NCBI GenBank assembly: GCA_031422435.1
Contig: JANPLU010000056.1
Location: forward strand, 1-60,798
Source of the DNA: Acaryochloridaceae cyanobacterium VAR_48_metabat_390
GTDB taxonomy: Bacteria; Cyanobacteriota; Cyanobacteriia; Thermosynechococcales; Thermosynechococcaceae
Direction of reading: 5' to 3'
DNA length: 60,798 nucleotides
Under the pieces are notes generated by a model that worked only from the letters and a program-made list of their open reading frames with translations, was not told the origin of the DNA and did no database searches. Positions 8,850 through 16,406 of this stretch are shown here, piece by piece (position 1 is the first letter of the stretch; every line of letters starts with the position of its first letter). Made by a program: the position numbers and the translations under genes.

Positions 8850-9596
8850 CTAATTTTCGCTGAAAACCCTTGAAATCCTCCTCTGGATATCTACCGCAGC
8901 CTGAAGGGGGTCAGCCGCATTTTTTATTGGTCTGCCAACTACAATATAATCAGCTCCATTTAGGAAGGCTTCTTCTATGTCAACAGTCCTTTTTTGATCA
9001 TCAGTATTATCAATGGGTCTGATCCCAGGTGAAACTATTAAAAAGTTATCACCCAGGTAATTTCTTAATGATTGAGCTTCCAAGCCTGAAGAGATAACCC
9101 CATCGCAACCCAAGTTTAACGCTCTTTTAGCTCTAGACAAAACTAACGCTTCAACATCACACTGAAACCCTAAATCGTCTAAATCTTTTCTATCAAGGCT
9201 TGTAAGAACCGTAACGGCAAGAATTTTTAAATCTCCCTTTGCCTCTACAGCATATTTCAAGATCTCATCGTTGCCATGAACTGTAGCAAAAGTAGCGCCT
9301 TTATTTTTTAGCTGACGAACCGCAGATCCAACCGTTTGCGGAACGTCAAAAAACTTTAAGTCCACAAAAACCTTTTTCCCCTGGTCTGCTAGCCAATCAA
9401 CCATTTCATAATAGCCGCCAGCCATAAAAAGCTCTAATCCAAGCTTGTAAAATACGACAGAGTCTCCAAGCCTTAATACCATTTGTTTTGCTAATTCATT
9501 GCTTTCAAAATCAAGAGCAAAAATTAACCTTTCTTTAGTGTCTATAGCTTTATCAGAAAGATAGACTCGATTTTGCATTTCTATTGCTGAAGACAT
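8850..9596 (-). CDS. pyrF: Orotidine-5'-phosphate decarboxylase (transposon cargo)
   Basis: LIFALD, YKLGLEL, DLKFFDVPQTV (DxKxxD), AVTVLTS, PGIRP, DDQKR and VVGRPI motifs; start at 9596 or 9578. Confidence 0.92.
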   Translation of the reverse strand: MSSAIEMQNRVYLSDKAIDTKERLIFALDFESNELAKQMVLRLGDSVVFYKLGLELFMAGGYYEMVDWLADQGKKVFVDLKFFDVPQTVGSAVRQLKNKGATFATVHGNDEILKYAVEAKGDLKILAVTVLTSLDRKDLDDLGFQCDVEALVLSRAKRALNLGCDGVISSGLEAQSLRNYLGDNFLIVSPGIRPIDNTDDQKRTVDIEEAFLNGADYIVVGRPIKNAADPLQAAVDIQRRISRVFSEN

Positions 9597-9849
9597 AGGG
9601 ATAACAGTAGTGTTTTGCTCAAGCGCAAAACTACATTCCAAAGATGATGGACAAATTCTCATTATACCGAACAACTGTCACAGATGTCTATCTATGAGAG
9701 AGTTATGCAATCTTTATGCCTCTAACCTCAAACCATGAAGATTAGCTGAATCATAAGAAATATTTCCAAGATATACTTATACTTCATTTACTGTAAATAA
9801 GCTGAATTCCTTACTCTACGGTGTTTATAGGGATTGAGCTATAAATAAT

Positions 9850-10344
9850 TTGCGCTGGGTCTGCCACTTTCACCCCCCGTTAACCCTTGCAGAATACCTT
9901 CAGGAAATTGGCAGAGCGGGGCGAGATGGGCAGAACGCCCAAACGTTACTGCTAGCAAGCGAACCGACGGGGCTACTAGACCCCACCGATCGCCAGCGAC
10001 GGGAAGGGTTCTTGAAGACCATGCGATCGCAGGCTCAACTAGCACAAACCTTAGCCCAGCAGCTCCCCAGCGAAGGTTATCTGCCCGATATTCTCAAGCA
10101 GGAACCACAGGCAGAACTGGCCTTAGCAATTTTGCATACTCAAGGGCAGTTGAGTTGGGTTGATCCATTTCACTACCGCCTTCAGCTTAAAACTGCAATG
10201 GTGTCCAATGCCGAGCCACAGACTTCCATCGAAGCCTATCTGTCTGTGCGCGATTGCCGCTGGCGATTTTTGCTGGGTGCCTTTGGGTTTGGGCGAGAGG
10301 TGCAGGGGCTGAAGTGTGGTAGGTGCGATCAGTGCATTAATTAA
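9850..10344 (+). pseudogene. recQ: RecQ-family helicase, C-terminal part
   Basis: RWVCHF...YLQEIGRAGRDG (motif VI) and RecQ Zn-binding CRW...CGRCDQC; in frame with the 5' part once the element is removed. Confidence 0.92.
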
Positions 10345-10351
10345 ATACTCT

Positions 10352-10867
10352 CTAGTCTTCTTGCTCATTTATTTTGCGTGTCAGAGTTTCAATTTTTTCT
10401 TTTCGTTCTTCTCTGCGATTATTACTTCCATAAACAAACACACCAACTAAGGCAACAATTGAACCTGTAGAAAGAGTGGCTCCAGCCACATCATGCCCTC
10501 TATCTATGAGATAAATTCCGCCTCCCAATGCTAGGCAAGATATCAAAAATCCAAATATCAACCCAAGTTCAGCACGCTTGCTATCGCCATAGACAACCGT
10601 AGACTCAAGCTCCATGCGGTGCTTGGATTGGGCTTGAGCCATATTCACAATCTCTTGAGCTAAACCAGGCTTAATTAAATCATATGCCTTCAATGTTCGT
10701 GGGTCAGGAATCGGCCCTGAGTATGCCATCGACATCTGAACAGTTCTTTCGATAGATGCAGAAGATTCCTTTTTATGCACAGGGAAATCTTTATGTGCCT
10801 CATGTGGAGAGTTCACATCAAGCCCTTGTGCTTGTTCGTCATCTCTGGGAGCTAAAGAATCGGTCAA
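10352..10867 (-). CDS. DUF2335-like predicted membrane protein
   Basis: YSGPIPDP...AQSKHRMELE motif followed by two hydrophobic helices. Confidence 0.75.
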   Translation of the reverse strand: MTDSLAPRDDEQAQGLDVNSPHEAHKDFPVHKKESSASIERTVQMSMAYSGPIPDPRTLKAYDLIKPGLAQEIVNMAQAQSKHRMELESTVVYGDSKRAELGLIFGFLISCLALGGGIYLIDRGHDVAGATLSTGSIVALVGVFVYGSNNRREERKEKIETLTRKINEQED

Positions 10868-10870
10868 CGT

Positions 10871-11149
10871 CTACACCTTAATCAAATCTTGTGCATTTAG
10901 AAGGACAAGTGTTGCCTCACAAAGAATATTTTCGTCCACACATTTTTCTGTCTCCTTGTTAACAGAAATTGCTAACTCAATATCACTTCCCACCATGATC
11001 CAATCTGACATTAGAGCTAGATAATCAGCCTCTTCGTTGGTTATGGATGAATTATATTGATTCAAAGTCCCGCCAAGATCCAGCAGATGAGCCATGCCAC
11101 CCAGAAAAGATGGTGAAGCAAATAGATAGGCGGATAGAGTATTGGTCAT
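10871..11149 (-). CDS. Small hypothetical protein, 3 nt upstream of the DUF2335 gene
   Basis: 92-aa ORF with ATG preceded by AGAGG; operonic spacing. Confidence 0.65.
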   Translation of the reverse strand: MTNTLSAYLFASPSFLGGMAHLLDLGGTLNQYNSSITNEEADYLALMSDWIMVGSDIELAISVNKETEKCVDENILCEATLVLLNAQDLIKV

Positions 11150-11476
11150 TTTAAGCTGCCTCTTTAAAGTTAAGGCTGAGTCACAAAAATTGTGAACCTT
11201 ATCACTGTCAGAATTTTTTTGTCAACCCTTTGCTGCCATGTTATGATTTTATCTCAATTTAAGTAACGATGCACAGTCAAGTTAGTTAAGCGCTAGCGAG
11301 AAGAAAAGTACGAGTTGAGTTAAAACACACTTGGAACTCCAAGTATGCACCAAGTATGAGTATGATCTCACATCTCTTAAAGGATGTTTAGGAAATCCCC
11401 CAGAGTTCTTGTCGAGAGAAGCTTTGAGTCACGATCATGAAAAATCGTCAAGCTTCTTTAGATATTGATATTCTAA

Positions 11477-11758
11477 CCAGCAGCTCCCTAGCGAAGGCTA
11501 TCTGCCCGATATTCTTAAGCAAGAGCCACAGGCGGAGTTGGCCTTAGCGATTTTGCATACTCAAGGGCAGTTGAGCTGGGTTGATCCATTTCACTATCGT
11601 CTTGAGTCCAAAACTGCGATGGTGTCTAATGCCGAGCCACAGACTTCCATCGAAGCCTATCTGTCTGTGCGCGATTGCCGCTGGCGGTTTTACTGGGTAC
11701 CTTTGGGTTTGGGCGAGAGGCACAGGGGTTAGTGTGTGGTAAGTGCGATCGCTGTTAG
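11477..11758 (+). pseudogene. recQ: Orphan second copy of the recQ 3' end
   Basis: Aligns with 10056-10330 with about 28 substitutions (mostly synonymous) and a 1-nt deletion; ends CGKCDRC* over a HIP1 site. Confidence 0.92.
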
Positions 11759-11905
11759 CCCTAGCGTCATTAATACATCTGGAAAATAGAGCGAGACTAT
11801 AGTTCTCACAACAGAAGACAGTTGCCCTGCTTCTCGTTCTTATTTCCTCTGCTACAGGATCCCAAACGCTTTTCGCCGTAAAAGTGTCAAAATCTAGTAA
11901 GACTT

Positions 11906-13108
11906 GTGAAAGGTAAAAACGTGGGCGAAAAAGCATTGTTTACCCCCACCGGAAAGTGGATCGTTGGCGGTGCTATCGCTGTCGCGCTAGGTCTAGCTGC
12001 CCTCGGCCTAGCGCAGGTGATGAATCGCCCTTCTGCAAAGCAGTCAGAAGCCCCCGCTGCTCCTGCTCAACCCGCTTCTGCTGCCAAAATTACGGCATTA
12101 GGGCGCATAGAACCAGCAGGAGAAGTCGTCAAAGTGGGTGGGCCATCGGGAGAACGCATTAAACGGCTGCTGGTTAAAGAAGGTCAGGCTGTTACCGTAG
12201 GGCAGCCCATTGCCTATCTAGAAAGCTACGATGAGCAGCTTGCGAGTAGAAATGTCTCTCAAAGCCAGCTCAATGATGCCTTGGCGCAATTCAACAGCGT
12301 ACAGCAGTATGGAGAGGCTCAAATTGCAGAAGCACAAACGCGGCGATCGCAGTCTAACTCCCCTAAACTTAAAGAACTCGCAGCTCAAGCCGCAACCATC
12401 ACTCGTATTCAGTCAGAACTTGCCATTGCTCAAAAAGATCTCCAGCGATTTCAAAGTTTACAAACCAGCGGGGCAATATCGCAAAAAGATTTAGACGATA
12501 AGCAGCTTATCTACCAAACCAAAGCTGGGCAGCTCAAAGAAGCCGAAGCCCAACTCGCCAAAATTCAGCAGGAGCGAGACACCAGCATGATAAATGCCGA
12601 TGCTCAAATTCGCTCAGCGCGGGCAGATCAAGGGCGATCGCAGGCACAAATCCAAATCGACACGGCGCGCAGTAACCTCAACCTTGCCCAAGCCAAACTC
12701 GATCGCACCATTATTCGGGCACCCCAATCTGGGCAAATCTTAAAGGTACTCAAAAAGCAGGGTGAGGCATTAGAGCCATCCACAGGCGGAACCTCTGGCG
12801 GGCAGGGGATTGTAGAACTCGGCAACACCAATCAAATGTATGTGGTTGCCGAAGTGTATGAAACCGATGTCAGCCGCGCCAGAGTAGGGCAACCTGCCGT
12901 CATTACCAGCTCAGCATTTTCAGGCGAGATTGCTGGCATTGTAGAGCGGGTGGGTCTCAAAATTGGCAAAAATGATGTGACCAATACCGACCCCGCTGCC
13001 AATACCGACACCCGCGTCGTGGAAGTTAAAATCCGCCTCCTCAATAGCCGTCCCGTTGCAAACCTGACCAACCTCCAGGTACAGGTTGTTATTACGCCCA
13101 AGACTTAA
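11906..13108 (+). CDS. devB: DevB-family ABC exporter membrane-fusion protein (start may be GTG 11921)
   Basis: TM anchor; ALGRIEP; coiled coil; MYVVAEVYETD...DTRVVEVKIRL. Confidence 0.88.
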   Translation: MKGKNVGEKALFTPTGKWIVGGAIAVALGLAALGLAQVMNRPSAKQSEAPAAPAQPASAAKITALGRIEPAGEVVKVGGPSGERIKRLLVKEGQAVTVGQPIAYLESYDEQLASRNVSQSQLNDALAQFNSVQQYGEAQIAEAQTRRSQSNSPKLKELAAQAATITRIQSELAIAQKDLQRFQSLQTSGAISQKDLDDKQLIYQTKAGQLKEAEAQLAKIQQERDTSMINADAQIRSARADQGRSQAQIQIDTARSNLNLAQAKLDRTIIRAPQSGQILKVLKKQGEALEPSTGGTSGGQGIVELGNTNQMYVVAEVYETDVSRARVGQPAVITSSAFSGEIAGIVERVGLKIGKNDVTNTDPAANTDTRVVEVKIRLLNSRPVANLTNLQVQVVITPKT

Positions 13109-13135
13109 CGCTCAAGACCTAGCGCTGCCAGAATA

Positions 13136-14287
13136 ATGTTTGCAATTCCCTTAGCTTGGCTCCAGCTTACCCGCGAAAAAATGCGCCTCTTGGTAGCGCT
13201 GGCGGGGATCTCTTTTGCCGTCATTTTGATGATGATTCAGCTCGGGTTTCGGGATGCGCTGTTTGATGCCTCCACAACCATGCACATTAACCTCAATACG
13301 GATATTGTGCTGATTAGCCCTCAGTCTTCGTCGCTCATTGCCATGAAGAATTTTGCGCGGCGGCGACTTTACCAAACCCTCTCGGTTTCAGGCGTTGAGT
13401 CCATTACCCCAATGTCTATAGGGTTTGGCAACTGGATTAACCCCGAAACCCGTAAGCCTCGACAGCTCATGATTATTGCCTACCCACCCGATGCCGACGT
13501 TTTTAATTTGCCAGGAATTAAGGAGTATCAAAACAGGGTAAAAGCAGAAAACGTGGTGTTGTTTGATGAAGCCTCACGGCCTGAGTTTGGCCCCATTGCT
13601 CAGTGGTTTAGAGAAGGCAAAACCGTGACAGCCGAAGTCTCTGGGCGCAAAGTGACCGTAGGGGGCATTTTTAAGCTGGGGGCTTCTTTTGGTGCCGATG
13701 GCAATATTCTCACCAGCGATATTAATTTAGTGCGGATTTTGTCAGATCGCTCGCTCGCTCTCATTGACGTAGGCCTTATCAAGCTAAAGCCAGGAACCGA
13801 TGCAGCCCAGGCGCTTCAAGATATCCGCAAAGCCCTGCCGGAGGATGTAGACGTGTTGACTAAATCCGGTTTTGCCGACTTTGAACGTTCTTATTGGCAG
13901 AGTAGTACGGCGATCGGGTTTATTTTTAGCCTGGGTTCAGCGATGGGGTTTATTGTGGGCATTGTGATTGTGTACCAGATTTTGTACACAGACGTGTCCG
14001 ATCACTTAGCCGAGTACGCCACTCTAAAAGCAATGGGGTACCGTAGCTATTTCTTGATTTCTGTGGTGCTACAGGAAGCGCTAATTTTGTCGGTGTTAGG
14101 CTACCTGCCTGGTTTTTTCTTAAGTATCGGGCTATATAAGCTTACGAAAGATGCAACGTCACTTCCCATTGGAATGACGGTAGAACGAGGGATTACAGTT
14201 TTTATTTTAGCGGTGATTATGTGTGTGGTATCGGGGGTGATCGCCATGCGTAAAGTTCAGGCGGCTGACCCTGCGGATATTTTTTAG
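13136..14287 (+). CDS. devC: DevC-family ABC permease
   Basis: IPLAWLQL, VYQILYTDVSDHLAEYATLKAMGY and ADPADIF signatures. Confidence 0.92.
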   Translation: MFAIPLAWLQLTREKMRLLVALAGISFAVILMMIQLGFRDALFDASTTMHINLNTDIVLISPQSSSLIAMKNFARRRLYQTLSVSGVESITPMSIGFGNWINPETRKPRQLMIIAYPPDADVFNLPGIKEYQNRVKAENVVLFDEASRPEFGPIAQWFREGKTVTAEVSGRKVTVGGIFKLGASFGADGNILTSDINLVRILSDRSLALIDVGLIKLKPGTDAAQALQDIRKALPEDVDVLTKSGFADFERSYWQSSTAIGFIFSLGSAMGFIVGIVIVYQILYTDVSDHLAEYATLKAMGYRSYFLISVVLQEALILSVLGYLPGFFLSIGLYKLTKDATSLPIGMTVERGITVFILAVIMCVVSGVIAMRKVQAADPADIF

Positions 14288-14289
14288 CT

Positions 14290-14988
14290 ATGGCACTTGA
14301 ACCTGTTATTTCAATTGATAAAGTGAACCACTACTACGGTAGCGGTCAACTTCGCAAGCAAATTTTGTTTGAGGCAACGGCCTCAATTTACCCAGGCGAG
14401 ATTGTCTTTATGACGGGGCCATCTGGCTCTGGTAAAACCACGCTTCTAACATTAATTGGGGCGTTACGCTCAACTCAAGAGGGTAGCCTAAAGATCCTCG
14501 GGCGAGAGCTACGCAATGCCCCCTCGCGGGAATTAGTGAAGGTGCGACGAAACGTGGGCTATATTTTTCAGGCGCATAACCTGCTCAAATCCCTGACGGC
14601 GCGACAAAACGTCCAGATGGCATTAGATCTACATCCTGAAATTCCGAGTCCGGTTATCTACACACGATCCTGCGAGATGTTGAAAGAAGTGGGGTTAGGC
14701 GATTTTATTAACCAGTACCCTCACAACCTATCAGGGGGGCAAAAACAGCGGGTGGCGATCGCCCGTGCCCTAGTGAGCCAGCCCAAAATTGTGCTGGCAG
14801 ATGAACCCACTGCGGCGTTAGATAAACAGTCTGGGCGAGATGTAGTAGAAATTATGCAGCGCTTGGCAAAGCAGCAGGGCTGCACCATTTTGATAGTGAC
14901 CCATGACAACCGCATCTTAGACGTAGCTGATCGCATTATCAATATGGAGGATGGCTATTTGACGGCAGTGGATCCGGCAATCGCCTAA
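14290..14988 (+). CDS. devA: DevA-family ABC ATP-binding protein
   Basis: GPSGSGKT, LSGGQKQRVAIARAL, ADEPT. Confidence 0.92.
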   Translation: MALEPVISIDKVNHYYGSGQLRKQILFEATASIYPGEIVFMTGPSGSGKTTLLTLIGALRSTQEGSLKILGRELRNAPSRELVKVRRNVGYIFQAHNLLKSLTARQNVQMALDLHPEIPSPVIYTRSCEMLKEVGLGDFINQYPHNLSGGQKQRVAIARALVSQPKIVLADEPTAALDKQSGRDVVEIMQRLAKQQGCTILIVTHDNRILDVADRIINMEDGYLTAVDPAIA

Positions 14989-15049
14989 GGCTAAGCCTCG
15001 TCGTCGATATCTGCCAAAAAATTATGCTGTTCATTGCAGTATGAGGCAC

Positions 15050-15808
15050 TCACTTTTTAGAGAGCAGCGTTTCTCGTTTGAGGGAGGGCTGAATTGGTGT
15101 AATGGCCTCTAACAGAGGTCTAATTCGCTCTGTGCCGTTAAACACGTTCACTTGATAGACCTTTTGCTGCGTCAAATCTAACGCCGTCATCCAACCGCTT
15201 TTGGGATGATAGGCGCCCGTATCAATATCTAACCAGCCAACCCCTTGAGCAATTTGCCCTGGCTCAACGCCTTGAAAGGTAAAGGTAATGGTATGCCCCG
15301 TCACAATGGTCTTATCGTCAAAAAACGGCGACTGCATTTGGTGAAATTCTTGACGAATCCAGCAGAACTCTTGAGAAGACTGCTGGTTTAACGGAATGCG
15401 AGGATGTACCCCTGCATGGACAAGCCAAAAATCACCTAAGTCAAAGTAGCTCGGTAGGCTTGAAAACCACTTTAGGTCTATTTCTAGCTGTTCTTCTAGG
15501 TTTCGGTAGCTTTCTAAGGTGCTGCGACCACCCGCGCTCAGCCAAGCATCCATTGCAAAGCTTTCGGGCGTAGCCGAAGAAAAGGCAAAACAGGCCATTT
15601 GCTCATGATTACCCAGCAAGCAAGGATACTTATGAGTTCTTACAAATTCAACAACCTGAGCGCTTTCTGGCCCTCGATCAATCAAATCTCCAAGAAAATA
15701 CATTGCATCCTGATCGGCTGGATTTAGCAGCGCAATCAGATGCTGTAGCCCCTTATAGTGACCATGCACGTCTCCGAACACGATGCGCCGAGAAGAATCA
15801 TCTAACAT
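15050..15808 (-). CDS. Metallophosphoesterase (PrpA-like Ser/Thr protein phosphatase)
   Basis: GDVHG, GDLIDRG, GNHE, HAG, GHT and IDTG motifs; probable start ATG 15808. Confidence 0.88.
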   Translation of the reverse strand: MLDDSSRRIVFGDVHGHYKGLQHLIALLNPADQDAMYFLGDLIDRGPESAQVVEFVRTHKYPCLLGNHEQMACFAFSSATPESFAMDAWLSAGGRSTLESYRNLEEQLEIDLKWFSSLPSYFDLGDFWLVHAGVHPRIPLNQQSSQEFCWIRQEFHQMQSPFFDDKTIVTGHTITFTFQGVEPGQIAQGVGWLDIDTGAYHPKSGWMTALDLTQQKVYQVNVFNGTERIRPLLEAITPIQPSLKRETLLSKK

Positions 15809-16013
15809 GCAGGGGGGCAAGTGCATTCCCGGATGGTGAAAAGTCCATACAGCTATCCTTTCAGCACTTGAGTTGAAGGTGTGTTGATGCCTTCTAGTAT
15901 GCCCCATTTTTTTCAGTGGGCGTCTAGATTGCTAAATTTTGATCGAAATGCTGGAATGCTTTGTGGAGAGAGCCTCCCAGAATTTCCACAACTATATTGA
16001 CAGGAGCAATGAT

Positions 16014-16379
16014 ATGACAGACTGTCTTCATCTCAGGGGTATTCGGGGCTATGGCTATACGGGCGCACTTCCAGAGGAGCAAATCTTAGGCCAGTGGTTT
16101 GAGGTCGATCTTCACATTTATTTAGACCTAAGCGTGGCAGGTCAAACCGATGTGCTGACAGATACCCTACACTACGGGCCGTTGATTGCCCAGATTCAGG
16201 AGATCATTCGGCGATCGCACTATGCCCTGGTCGAACGCCTCGCCACCGTCATCGCAGAGGCGGTGCTGGCATATCCAAGGGTGGAGCAGGTGAAAGTTTG
16301 TCTCCTCAAAAAGCCCCCCATCCCTGACTTTTCGGGACAGATTCAGGTCGAGATCCTGCGCGATAAAGGTGACTGTTAA
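16014..16379 (+). CDS. folB: Dihydroneopterin aldolase
   Basis: GYTGALPEEQILGQWFEVD, LVERLA, KKPP; AGGAG upstream of ATG 16014. Confidence 0.9.
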   Translation: MTDCLHLRGIRGYGYTGALPEEQILGQWFEVDLHIYLDLSVAGQTDVLTDTLHYGPLIAQIQEIIRRSHYALVERLATVIAEAVLAYPRVEQVKVCLLKKPPIPDFSGQIQVEILRDKGDC

Positions 16380-16406
16380 AATGCAGAGTGCCCTTCTGGT
16401 CAAGAT

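Larger units (their letters stand above)
3117..9854 (+). mobile_element. Tn554-like tnpABC element inserted in recQ
   Basis: Two tyrosine recombinases plus a TnpC-like gene. Junction cores AATGTGCG (3109-3116) and AATTTGCG (9847-9854). Removing the element restores the recQ frame (N-V-R-W-V-C). Confidence 0.88.

Noticed and set aside
3117..9854. Group II intron, intein, prophage or RIT element as the cause of the recQ split
   Set aside because: No RT, splicing motifs or phage genes. Only two recombinases plus a small TnpC-like gene, which fits Tn554 rather than the three-recombinase RIT layout.
11906..14988. devBCA as evidence of heterocyst formation
   Set aside because: DevBCA-type exporters also occur in non-heterocystous cyanobacteria, and no heterocyst genes are present in the window
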